Origin: a virus
Lineage: Duplodnaviria; Caudoviricetes
IMG/VR virus record: IMGVR_UViG_3300021400_001148
Span: 128,001 to 192,000 of that record
DNA length: 64,000 bases
Reading direction: 5' to 3' (one strand)
The first letter of the stretch is position 1; every line of letters starts with the position of its first letter. Positions 38,059 through 47,251 of the stretch are shown in pieces. The notes beneath the pieces are model-generated. The model searched no databases. It was not told the origin of the DNA and saw nothing but the letters and a program-made list of their open reading frames with translations. The position numbers and the translations under genes are program-made.

Positions 38059-38233
38059 TAGTGTTACAAATATACAAAATTAATTGGAATTCTCAAGTGC
38101 ATCCATCAATTCTGATGTTTCTTTTAGAAGTTTTCTCATTATTCTTTTGACTGCAATGTCGCTGTTTTCGGTAGTTTGGGAAACAACATCCCCACATACA
38201 ACTACAGGTTTAATTATGCACTCTTCAAGAATG

Positions 38234-38698
38234 TTACTGTTCAATTTCTCGGCTTCCATTTTCAGTGATTTTAAAAACTTTACCATCTACAAGTCTTTTC
38301 CATTTTCTTGCAGCAAATTCAGGACTGAGGTGTTCAGACATTCGTTTGACCTGCTTTTCTGCGCACTCTTGACAGACAGTACGATACCATTTATTAATTA
38401 TCATACCGACATTCTTTTTTGTACCACAATCTTCGCAAGTGTGTGACGCTTCTTCTCGGGCCGCAGCTACCATATCGTTGAATTTTTTAACTACATCAGA
38501 TGGCACTCCATCAAAATGGAGGTATATTTCAAGTCCACCCCATTTTTCTTTAATTTGAGCGATTTCAATGTTTCCGCCCTTGGATTGTGAGTTGTATTCT
38601 TCAATAGATTTAACAACCGGCTCTACTATTTTAAACCAGCCCTCACCAATTTCCCACCCGAAAAGTTCGTATGGGGTTTTCAATTCATCATTTCTCAT
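38234..38698 (-). CDS. hypothetical phage protein
   Basis: GWF..+V...QIKEKWGGL.IY...CEDCG...CQEC motifs. Confidence 0.8.
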   Translation of the reverse strand: MRNDELKTPYELFGWEIGEGWFKIVEPVVKSIEEYNSQSKGGNIEIAQIKEKWGGLEIYLHFDGVPSDVVKKFNDMVAAAREEASHTCEDCGTKKNVGMIINKWYRTVCQECAEKQVKRMSEHLSPEFAARKWKRLVDGKVFKITENGSREIEQ

Positions 38699-39249
38699 GC
38701 AAACCTTTGTTTAAACAGTAATTCATCCTCAATATCTTCACCTGATGCGGTACGAAATTTCCATCCTTTTGGGGCGAGACAAATGGTTGGAAGCCCTAAT
38801 TTGTCAGCAGCCTTTAGTGCGGCCTCATCAATTCCAGTCTGTCCGCCAGACCTCACGCAATAGAAGATAATGCCTTTCTCTTTGAAACGCAAGAGGATAT
38901 TGTAAATCATTTCATCAAGCCTAGACTGACTAATACCATATTTTGAGAATGTGTACATTCCATTTCCTGCTACGTTCAAAATGACCCCTCTCAAGTTTTT
39001 ACTTATGAGTTGTTTCATTTTTTCGAAGCATTGATTCAGAGTGTCTTTTTCTGATGAGGAAATCTTCCCACGCTCATTAATATGAATCATAAAAAAAGGT
39101 GTGGCAGAGTCTTCGGCAAACTTCTTTGTTGCTTTTTCGCCATATGTGGTGTCATCAATAGCAAATGCTATTGTGATGTCTGACATCACAACATTGAGCC
39201 TAGTTCTGGACTGATATCCATATTTCACATCTTCACCGAACCGTATCAT
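38695..39249 (-). CDS. SLOG-superfamily (MoCo-carrier/YpsA-like) protein
   Basis: Y..RT.LNV..SD.TIAF, LNVAGN, RSGGQTGIDEAAL..A...PKGW. Confidence 0.7.
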   Translation of the reverse strand: MIRFGEDVKYGYQSRTRLNVVMSDITIAFAIDDTTYGEKATKKFAEDSATPFFMIHINERGKISSSEKDTLNQCFEKMKQLISKNLRGVILNVAGNGMYTFSKYGISQSRLDEMIYNILLRFKEKGIIFYCVRSGGQTGIDEAALKAADKLGLPTICLAPKGWKFRTASGEDIEDELLFKQRFA

Positions 39250-40664
39250 TTCTGTATTGGTTTAAGGCCCATTTCTAGGGCTTTCTCGAGCATAAGTTTC
39301 TCCGCTTCTTCGAAATTGTTTCCTATTTTTCCATCAAGAATAGCATCCTTTACAAACTCCTTGATGATTTTAATCTCCTTCCCGGGGCCAATACCAAAGG
39401 TTTCCATAATATGAAAACCATCAATGGGATTCTTGAAATTACGGATAGCATCTTTAGCCTCAACCTCTTTCATATGTTCTTCGATGATGAGGATATTATT
39501 GTATATCTTCTGCCGTTTTGACTCATATCTTGTAGTCACATCACATTTAGCAAGAATCATCAAATCATCAATATCGTCCCCCGCGTCGAATAGCAGTCTC
39601 CTGATTGCAGAGTCAGTCACACCTTCTTCGGCGAGGGTTGTAGGACGCATATGCATCTCCACCATCTTTTTCACAAACGCCATCCTTCCGTCAGTCGGCA
39701 TTTTCATCCTCTGGAAAATCTTTTCCACCATCTTGGCACCAGCACCAGCGTGGTCATAAAATGTCCAGCCAATTCCGCCTATAAATTTTCTAGTTGGAAC
39801 CTTCCCAATGTCGTGGAGAAGAGCCGCCCAGCGTAGCCAGAGATTGTCACTTTTCTGTGTTACATTCCACAGCACTTGGAGTGTATGCTCGAAAATGTCT
39901 TTGTGACCTTTATCTTGCGGGAGTTTGAGTGCTTCCACCTCTGGTAAAATCAATTCAAGTAATCCGCACTCACTAAGAATTCTCACACCGTCAGATGCAT
40001 ATGGGGTAGAGAGAGTTTTATTCACTTCATCAACAATTCTTTCCTTTGTCAGAATCTCGTTGCGATATGAATTCCGTTTCATCGCCTCAAATGTTGGGGT
40101 ATCGAAATGAAACACTTTTCTGGGACTGGATAATTTACATTTGAATCTTACTGCTCGATAAATTCTGAGAGGGTCCTCGGAGAATCGTTCGTCGGGAGCC
40201 CCAACACACTTGATAACCCCATTCTCCAAATCCTCAAGTCCACCAAATTTATCTATCAACTGGCCAAAGGTCTCCTTGTTGATTGAAATGGCCATTGCAT
40301 TGATGGTGAAGTCTCTTCTTGACAAATCGTCGTCCAAAGTCCCATTATCGACAATTGGTTTCCTTGAGCCTCTTTTGTAAAATTCCTTCCGGCACCCAAC
40401 AAATTCAACTTCACCATCTCCATAGTGAACCTTTGCGGTACCAAAGTTTTCATACAAATCTACTTTCCCACCAACAATTTTTCCAAAAGCGGTTGCGGTT
40501 GCAAGGCCATTGCCCTCCACAACAATATCAATGTCGTCATTCGGCCTCCCAAGGAAATAATCCCGGACAAAACCACCAACAACATATCCATTTACACCAA
40601 GATTTTCGCAAACCTCAGAAAGGGTTTGAAAAACCGGATTTTTAATTGCTTTTTTATAATACAT
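39246..40664 (-). CDS. cca: CCA-adding tRNA nucleotidyltransferase with HD domain
   Basis: VGGFVRD..L.RP.DDIDIV, DL.RRDFTINAMA, F.EDPLRI.RA.RF, LLHDIGK. Confidence 0.92.
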   Translation of the reverse strand: MYYKKAIKNPVFQTLSEVCENLGVNGYVVGGFVRDYFLGRPNDDIDIVVEGNGLATATAFGKIVGGKVDLYENFGTAKVHYGDGEVEFVGCRKEFYKRGSRKPIVDNGTLDDDLSRRDFTINAMAISINKETFGQLIDKFGGLEDLENGVIKCVGAPDERFSEDPLRIYRAVRFKCKLSSPRKVFHFDTPTFEAMKRNSYRNEILTKERIVDEVNKTLSTPYASDGVRILSECGLLELILPEVEALKLPQDKGHKDIFEHTLQVLWNVTQKSDNLWLRWAALLHDIGKVPTRKFIGGIGWTFYDHAGAGAKMVEKIFQRMKMPTDGRMAFVKKMVEMHMRPTTLAEEGVTDSAIRRLLFDAGDDIDDLMILAKCDVTTRYESKRQKIYNNILIIEEHMKEVEAKDAIRNFKNPIDGFHIMETFGIGPGKEIKIIKEFVKDAILDGKIGNNFEEAEKLMLEKALEMGLKPIQK

Positions 40665-40698
40665 AAAATTTTTGCTGTAAATTTAATGAGAAAAAACT

Positions 40699-41643
40699 CT
40701 ATTCTAGGGCTGTGGGCGCATTCACATTCAGCGAATCAGGGTCATCCCGGCGTTCTTTAAGGTATGTGTCCCTGTATTTTTGATAGGCTTTCTCATCAAT
40801 TGCACGCCAATCAGTATCTGGAAACTCTTTGTATAATATCCTTCGAAAAGTTTTATTAAAGTTACTATCTTCAATCCACATTTTCGAGTATCGGACGGCA
40901 TTTCTCCGTTCAATATCGAGTTCCCATTTTGTTTTATTCAGTTCTTCTTGGAGTTCTTCATATGTTTTTTCATGCCCCCGGGCTGTCAATTCAAGAAGAA
41001 GCTTATTTTCCACTTCCTTAGTTTTTTTTTCGTTTTTTTTAGCCCTGTTTTTCCAAGTCACCATATTATAGTAAAACTTCTCCCCGAGATTCAGTTGTTC
41101 ATCGGAGTATTTTTCTTTATGGAGACAAGGAGCTTTTTTAACTACAACAATGCCGTCATATTCATTAACATATATAAGGCCTGCATAATCCGGAACTTCG
41201 TTTTCCCCTATCAGACCCGTTGGTACTGCATAGTAAAAATAATTAGGCCTTTTGTGATTGGTGGCCAGATAGTACGGGTTTTCATCTGCATATTTGTGAA
41301 AGCTTTCCCCCGCGCGCTTTATTGCCTCGTAATATCTCGGAAGGTACTTGTCACCATCAGGTTTGTTTTCAAGTATGATATGTTTATCTTTCTTGTGTTT
41401 GAAGTCGTTTTTGAAATCCGATTTGCTTATTTTAATTTCAAATTCGTAAATGTATCCACTTTTAGTTTCCAGTAATTTGTCACTTTCCCAATCAAACACA
41501 TAAAGACCATCTATGTTGTATTTAACAGAGTTAGGAGCAAAGAAACCGTTCAAAACATCTTGAATATACTCTTCGGTGTACTTGAATGGTTCCTTTTCCG
41601 TTTTTTTCTCCCACGGCTGTTGTCTCTTTCCTTGTGTTCCCAT
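40699..41643 (-). CDS. PD-(D/E)XK nuclease-like protein (MmcB-like)
   Basis: WESD...YEFEIKISKSDFK.D...PNYFYYAVP; start corrected to MGTQGK. Confidence 0.65.
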   Translation of the reverse strand: MGTQGKRQQPWEKKTEKEPFKYTEEYIQDVLNGFFAPNSVKYNIDGLYVFDWESDKLLETKSGYIYEFEIKISKSDFKNDFKHKKDKHIILENKPDGDKYLPRYYEAIKRAGESFHKYADENPYYLATNHKRPNYFYYAVPTGLIGENEVPDYAGLIYVNEYDGIVVVKKAPCLHKEKYSDEQLNLGEKFYYNMVTWKNRAKKNEKKTKEVENKLLLELTARGHEKTYEELQEELNKTKWELDIERRNAVRYSKMWIEDSNFNKTFRRILYKEFPDTDWRAIDEKAYQKYRDTYLKERRDDPDSLNVNAPTALE

Positions 41644-41685
41644 AACTTTGCAAATATACAAAAATCCCCAGAAACACCGGGGATA

Positions 41686-42705
41686 TTATCTTGCAACCGT
41701 AGCGTATTTCTTTATCTTGGCCAAGGCATTTTTCTCAACCTGTTTAACCCTCATTGGGCCAAGGTTAAATATTTCGCCAATTTCTTCAACGGGCACTGGC
41801 GCATCATACCCAATACCATAGAGCATTTTTAGTATTGTCCGGTCGCGTTCTGTGCAGACAGAAAGCAGTGTTTCAAGTCTTTCTGCCATGGCTTCCCTCT
41901 CCACCTCTTCTTCATAGTCATTATAAGAAGCGGTGGTAGCGTCAAACTCAAGTTGTGCGGGTGTTGGTTGATTATCATCACCACTCATCATCTCGTTTAT
42001 TGACGAGAAGTTGAGGTCCGATACATCAGAAGTGTTTTTTACTTTGAAGCCGAACATTTTTTCAACCATTTCCACAAGTTCGTCATTGTACGGTTCACGG
42101 CCGTTCTCTTGAATAAATTTGGCTTTTGCCTTCGGGAGCATAGTTATGAGTTTCTGTTTGTTGGCGGTTTTCACCATTTTGGAGTGGTTCGTTATATAAA
42201 ATCCCATATTTCTCCTTATGTACCACACAGCAAAAGTGAGGAACCTCGTCCCCTTCGTCGGGTCAAATTTATCAATAGCCTCAATAAGGCCAATGTTTCC
42301 CTCGTCCACGAGGTCAAGGACATTTGCCTGTGAGCCCATTTTCTTGGCAATGGAGAAAACAAACTTCTGGTTGCACTCAACTATTTTCTTCCTTGCAGAC
42401 TCGACCCTGCTGTCATTTTTAGCAATCTTCTTGTTGAGTTCATCAATCTTTCCAAGATTTTCCGCCTTGGTACGTTGAAGTTCAGCAATCTGTTTTTCAA
42501 TCTCAATGTTCTTATTAAGAATTTCAGACTTTTCAGAAGCATATCTCTCGGAGTCATTGTTCTTAATAACGCCGAAAAGTTCTATCTCCTCTTCCGGAGA
42601 AAGGGTTTCAATTCCACGGATTTCATTGAGAAAGGTTGAAATGTCCTCTGTTCTCTGTGTCGGCCTGATGATGCCGGATTCTTTACCTACTCTAACAACT
42701 GTCAT
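41686..42705 (-). CDS. RNA polymerase sigma-70 family factor (phage-encoded)
   Basis: Region 1.2 LSPEEEIEL; region 2 DLVDEGNIGLIEAIDKFDPTKGTRFLTFAVWYIR; region 4 EIGEIFNL..MRVKQVE. Confidence 0.92.
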   Translation of the reverse strand: MTVVRVGKESGIIRPTQRTEDISTFLNEIRGIETLSPEEEIELFGVIKNNDSERYASEKSEILNKNIEIEKQIAELQRTKAENLGKIDELNKKIAKNDSRVESARKKIVECNQKFVFSIAKKMGSQANVLDLVDEGNIGLIEAIDKFDPTKGTRFLTFAVWYIRRNMGFYITNHSKMVKTANKQKLITMLPKAKAKFIQENGREPYNDELVEMVEKMFGFKVKNTSDVSDLNFSSINEMMSGDDNQPTPAQLEFDATTASYNDYEEEVEREAMAERLETLLSVCTERDRTILKMLYGIGYDAPVPVEEIGEIFNLGPMRVKQVEKNALAKIKKYATVAR

Positions 42706-42785
42706 ACTTTTTACTTTAATGCTGGCAAATATACAACAATTTTTTTAAAAAATAATGTATATTTATATGAAAAACGTTTTTTAAT

Positions 42786-43250
42786 ATGAAAAATCTTGAT
42801 TTGGCAATTCGTAAAGCTTTACGCGAATCGATAGAAGAACTGTCAAGGGAGTGGGAGCCTAAGTTCGCTACCGGTAACGGTCCTGTTGGTGATGATGCCC
42901 CCTTTGAAAAGGAAGTCAATGAAAGCGAATGTGTCTGCCCTAAGTGTGGTAAGAAAGAGTGCATCTGCAAGGAGAGTGCTGAAACACCTGTTGAAGATGC
43001 CATCAACCCAACTCCTAACACTGACATTGAGGCCGAAAACACTGTTGCTGAGGAACCTGCAGCCGCTGGTCTTCCCGTAACTACCGATTGGGACCTCGCC
43101 CCTGAATCCGGTGCTTCCGAAGTTGGTGACGGTGACCCATTTGGTCTTAACCAAGAAGATACTCTCAGTGAAGACGAGTCTGCTATGCTACAGGAAGAAA
43201 ACAATCGTTTCCACAGCATTCTTGACAGAATCTCCAAACTTTACGATTAA
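42786..43250 (+). CDS. acidic hypothetical protein
   Basis: LAIRKALRESIEE N-terminus; CxCPKCGKKECxC motif. Confidence 0.75.
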   Translation: MKNLDLAIRKALRESIEELSREWEPKFATGNGPVGDDAPFEKEVNESECVCPKCGKKECICKESAETPVEDAINPTPNTDIEAENTVAEEPAAAGLPVTTDWDLAPESGASEVGDGDPFGLNQEDTLSEDESAMLQEENNRFHSILDRISKLYD

Positions 43251-43255
43251 ACAGC

Positions 43256-43282
43256 AACCTCGGTTATCCGAGGTTTTTTTTT
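43256..43282. terminator. Intrinsic terminator
   Basis: AACCTCGG-TTAT-CCGAGGTT followed by a T run. Confidence 0.75.
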
Positions 43283-43649
43283 ATTCCTCAACCTTTTCCC
43301 AATTAAGCTGGTAATCAATGCATTTGTATACCCCCGGGGTTAAGCCACCCTTAAAAGAAAACTGATGTACAAGACTTTCTATGTAAAGAAGGTTGGCTTT
43401 GAACCAATCGTAGAGACTTAACATGTACTTTTCCTTGTCTTCAGAATATCTCCTTCCAGTATAGTCCTCCTCTGTGCCTTGAATCTGTTCGTCGTAGAAG
43501 CCCAAAATTAGAGCCATGTCCTCAAAAAGGTAGGAACCACCCCAAAGAGAATTTACATTATAAACCACATTGTCCTTATCGTCCCTTGTTGGATTCAAAC
43601 CCTGTATGAGTTTGATGTGGTCTTCGGTGATTTTAACTTTTACAATCAT
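43281..43649 (-). CDS. hypothetical protein
   Basis: Coupled to dnaJ. Confidence 0.75.
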   Translation of the reverse strand: MIVKVKITEDHIKLIQGLNPTRDDKDNVVYNVNSLWGGSYLFEDMALILGFYDEQIQGTEEDYTGRRYSEDKEKYMLSLYDWFKANLLYIESLVHQFSFKGGLTPGVYKCIDYQLNWEKVEE

Positions 43650-44722
43650 TTTATTGTCTTTTTAAAGTTATTTAGTAAATCTTTCTGTTCAGCGGTAAGT
43701 TTCTTCACGCCTTGAGTATAGTTAACAACTATTTTGAAGTCTGCCTGACTACTTATACCCTCTCCGCGGAAAATTCTTTCATAACCATTAACCGTATTTT
43801 CGGGTATTTTTATCTTTTCCTTCTTACCGCTCGGCAAAACCACCTCTTTTTCGCAACCAAGCATTGCATCATAGAAAGGGACATCCAGTTTATACTCAAT
43901 CCCGCCACGGTTATCAGTCAATGCATAGCCCTGAGGCAAGTAAAGAGTGAAGTGCAATATGAGGTCTCCTCTGACACCAGTCCCACCACTTGGGTAGCCA
44001 CCGTGACCACTGACAGCAAGGTCTCCAACAAAAATAATGCCAGCAGGTATATCAACCGGGGTACTCTCTTTTGATGGTTTTTTGTCAAAACCAGTTCCCC
44101 CACAACTTGGACAGGGGTTAATGATATGTTTTCCAGTTCCACCGCAGTGAGGGCAAGGTGTCCTTGTTGTCCATTGCATAAAGCCCTGATTGACCGTCTT
44201 TGACATGAAACCCGTGCCGCCGCAATGAGGACAGTTTTCTACTCGTCCGTCAGTTCCGAGGCCTGTTCCATTACAATGCCCACAAGGTTTCTGCACATCA
44301 TATTCTATGATTTTTCCCTTGGCGCCGTTTATAACCTCTTCCATTGTAAGGCTGACTTCAACAACGATGTTTGGGCCTTTATTAATTGTTTGTTGCCTTC
44401 TTCGTTTGAACGGATTTCCGCCAAAATTTCTCCAAAAGGCCTCTTCCATATCATCGTAGCCATCTTCACCCCAGTCAGTGTTCACACCAGAATTATCAAG
44501 GCCCATGTCATATGCAGACCTTTTGTCTTTGTCAGAGAGAACGCTATAAGCCTCATTCAGCTCTTTAAATTTGGTCTCTGCATTCTTTTTCTCTTCCTCA
44601 CTTGCATTAACCCATCTGTCCGGGTGCCATTTCAGTGCCAGTGTACGGAATTTTTTTTGAATTTCTTCAGTGGTGGCGTTTTCATTTACACCAAGAAGTT
44701 TATAATAACCTTTATTGTCCAT
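43646..44722 (-). CDS. dnaJ: DnaJ chaperone
   Basis: J-domain with HPD, four CxxCxGxG repeats, C-terminal domain; start corrected to MDNKGYY. Confidence 0.93.
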   Translation of the reverse strand: MDNKGYYKLLGVNENATTEEIQKKFRTLALKWHPDRWVNASEEEKKNAETKFKELNEAYSVLSDKDKRSAYDMGLDNSGVNTDWGEDGYDDMEEAFWRNFGGNPFKRRRQQTINKGPNIVVEVSLTMEEVINGAKGKIIEYDVQKPCGHCNGTGLGTDGRVENCPHCGGTGFMSKTVNQGFMQWTTRTPCPHCGGTGKHIINPCPSCGGTGFDKKPSKESTPVDIPAGIIFVGDLAVSGHGGYPSGGTGVRGDLILHFTLYLPQGYALTDNRGGIEYKLDVPFYDAMLGCEKEVVLPSGKKEKIKIPENTVNGYERIFRGEGISSQADFKIVVNYTQGVKKLTAEQKDLLNNFKKTIK

Positions 44723-44807
44723 TTCTTTCTTTTTCTGTGTGCAAATATACAAAAAAAGTGCCGAAGGCATAAGCCTCCGGCGCAAAAATGGAATTTGATT
44801 TCACTTG

Positions 44808-45407
44808 TTATTTCTCAGCCTTCTTTTTCAATGTAAGCTTTGCTTCAAAAACATTACCCTTAAGGTCGACGAATGTTAAAACCCCACCGGATTTTATTTT
44901 CATTCCGCCAAGCACACCCTCATTAAGGGTAACCTTTTTCATCTCTTCGAGGTTGGACTTGATGCTTTCATCTATGAGATATTTGATGTAGTTGTAATCA
45001 ACTGCCATCGCCGGTGTGGAAAAACTAGTACTAGGGGTTTGTTCATTTATCCGCCTCGTAGCAGGACGGGCAACCGGAGTCCTTCTTTCAAGTTCTTCAT
45101 AATTCTCCAATGTATCAAGCACCGAACCACCGGCCCCGGGGGCTGCAGACATATCAATCGGATTACTTATCATCGCCTCCAGTATTTCTTTCGGAAGATT
45201 GGTGTTAATCTGTGATTCATCCAAACCCGAATAAGCCATTGGGTCCACGCCTTGCCTGTATCTTGGTTGGGAATCAATGACAGGTGTTGTGTTGTAGGAT
45301 TCTTCTGTTATAGTGCCCCTTTTTGCAGCAACAGCCGCATTGAAATTGTCGTCATTCATCAATCGTTGGGCATTAGCCAGAGCCCTGCCCACTATTCTAT
45401 GGTCCAT
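44808..45407 (-). CDS. hypothetical protein
   Basis: 199 aa ORF in operon. Confidence 0.75.
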   Translation of the reverse strand: MDHRIVGRALANAQRLMNDDNFNAAVAAKRGTITEESYNTTPVIDSQPRYRQGVDPMAYSGLDESQINTNLPKEILEAMISNPIDMSAAPGAGGSVLDTLENYEELERRTPVARPATRRINEQTPSTSFSTPAMAVDYNYIKYLIDESIKSNLEEMKKVTLNEGVLGGMKIKSGGVLTFVDLKGNVFEAKLTLKKKAEK

Positions 45408-46078
45408 TATATTTCTTCTTCTGTTTCTTTATTGTTATCCGGGCCGTACTCATAGTCGTTCAACGCCTGTGACACATAGTCCTCATCTGAAAGTTTATTT
45501 CTCAGTCTCTCATTGTCGGGCTTCTCGCCATTAGCTGCCTTTACATCGTCTTTTGTTACTGGTCCCGTTGGCTTTTGTCCGGTAGCCGGGTTTTCCTGTG
45601 GGGTTGGGACAGTATTGCCCTTATTTTGGGAAACATCATTTTTGGTCACCGGCCCTAGAACAGTCTTTTCCTTTTTACCCCTTCCGAAACTCGCAATATT
45701 GAAAACATCCTCCATAGTTTCATCCCCATTTGGGTTGAACTTACCAAGGATTACTTCCTTACTGGTTCCGGGAGGCTGGCTAAATATGTGTAATTTCAAG
45801 GTTTTCCAATCAACAATCCTGTCAAGGCGGAAAAATTTCCATGCGGTACCTTTTGTTGTAGAATCCCCGTAAGGTTGAAACGCTCTCACAACAGGGTTTC
45901 CGGATTTTGTAGTCCCATACGCCACTGGCTGTATGAGCCTTTGGTCGGTATGTTCGTCTTCACCATCGGTTTTATACTTAATAATAGCCTCATAGTGATG
46001 ATTTATAGCATCATTCACGGTGCTTACATCAACACTTTCCTTAAGGATATCCTTAACTATATCACCAAACAACGACAT
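45407..46078 (-). CDS. WYL-like domain protein
   Basis: R.IQPVAYG.....N.VVRAFQ....WKFFRLDRI. Confidence 0.6.
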   Translation of the reverse strand: MSLFGDIVKDILKESVDVSTVNDAINHHYEAIIKYKTDGEDEHTDQRLIQPVAYGTTKSGNPVVRAFQPYGDSTTKGTAWKFFRLDRIVDWKTLKLHIFSQPPGTSKEVILGKFNPNGDETMEDVFNIASFGRGKKEKTVLGPVTKNDVSQNKGNTVPTPQENPATGQKPTGPVTKDDVKAANGEKPDNERLRNKLSDEDYVSQALNDYEYGPDNNKETEEEI

Positions 46079-46461
46079 TATTTTACAAAATACTGTCCGT
46101 CTTTAATATTGAGGCTCGTGTCAACGCTGGTATCACCGTAAGGATGCTCCTCGTTGTACTTGCTGATAGCAGCCAAATATTCACGGCCACCAATTCCATT
46201 TCTACCTTTGATGTCGTAAAGCCCGCCACCATGTTGTGTATCCAACTGATGATAATTATATCCAGTAATAACTGATTTGTCATCACTTGGAATAACATGT
46301 GTGTGCCCACCGTGACGAGTACCCTTACCAAGGGGGTCGCCGTCACTTATAGCATCCTTATGAGTCTCTTTGTACTCGTCATTCCTTGTATAGTCATTCC
46401 TTACTTCGAGCTCTTGTCTTTTCTCGAAACCGGTTTTCTCAAGGTTACTCTGTTTTGCCAT
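46078..46461 (-). CDS. hypothetical (probable virion) protein
   Basis: 127 aa; HKDAISDGDPLGKG motif. Confidence 0.7.
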   Translation of the reverse strand: MAKQSNLEKTGFEKRQELEVRNDYTRNDEYKETHKDAISDGDPLGKGTRHGGHTHVIPSDDKSVITGYNYHQLDTQHGGGLYDIKGRNGIGGREYLAAISKYNEEHPYGDTSVDTSLNIKDGQYFVK

Positions 46462-46503
46462 ATTCGTTTATAATTTATATTCTTTATTTCTTTTTTTCAA
46501 GGG

Positions 46504-47196
46504 TTATTCCCCATAATAATTAGTGCTTGTCTTGGGTGTATGAGCCATTCCATTACCGGAACCCTTGGTGTGAGGAGATATGAAGGCATTTGTGTCTCCA
46601 GCCTGACTTTTGGTTTCTTTGTAAGATTTGTCAATAATCTGGTCACTTTTCACTTTCCTGTCAAGTTCCCGTTTTAAATCGTCACCACCCAAGGTCTGAT
46701 ATTCTTCAGGCGTTATTTTCCCGCTTTCCATATCACTTAAAAGGTTTGAGGCGTAGTTGTTTGTATATCCGCTCAAAAGATGTTCAATCCTTTTGCTTCC
46801 CACAACTCTGTCGCCACTTGCGTTGTAATTCGCCTTAAGTTTTTGTGCCAATGGCCCGGAGATTTTGTGTCTCCTTGTCATATTAGCGGTACTTACTTCA
46901 TTAACTGGATTTTTTTTTTCAACAGATTCCATTGTATATCCACCCCTGGCAGGCATCACACCCCTGTCACTGTACATATTTCTTGGGACAATGGATTTTG
47001 CAATGGTGTCAGTGGTTACAGGCTTGCCGTCGGGAAGAGGGTTTAATCCAACCTCGTACCCCAAGTCTTTAACATTACCGTCAGATGTAGAGTCATCAAG
47101 ATATTGCCCGTCAAGAATTTCATCTACATTTTCCTTGACGGTGTTCGCTATCAGTTGATTGAACTGTTCTTCCGTTATTCGTATTTTTCGGTTCAT
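46504..47196 (-). CDS. hypothetical protein with N-terminal ITEEQ motif
   Basis: Start corrected to MNRKIRITEEQFNQLI. Confidence 0.75.
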   Translation of the reverse strand: MNRKIRITEEQFNQLIANTVKENVDEILDGQYLDDSTSDGNVKDLGYEVGLNPLPDGKPVTTDTIAKSIVPRNMYSDRGVMPARGGYTMESVEKKNPVNEVSTANMTRRHKISGPLAQKLKANYNASGDRVVGSKRIEHLLSGYTNNYASNLLSDMESGKITPEEYQTLGGDDLKRELDRKVKSDQIIDKSYKETKSQAGDTNAFISPHTKGSGNGMAHTPKTSTNYYGE

Positions 47197-47251
47197 TGTG
47201 TACTCAAACCATTTACCATAAATATTTATTGGTAAGAAAAAACACGCTCTG

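Noticed and set aside
38080-38286. 68-aa ORF between the tRNA-like gene and 38234..38698
   Set aside because: Plausible small gene, but the start is uncertain, it overlaps the upstream gene and it has no recognisable motif.
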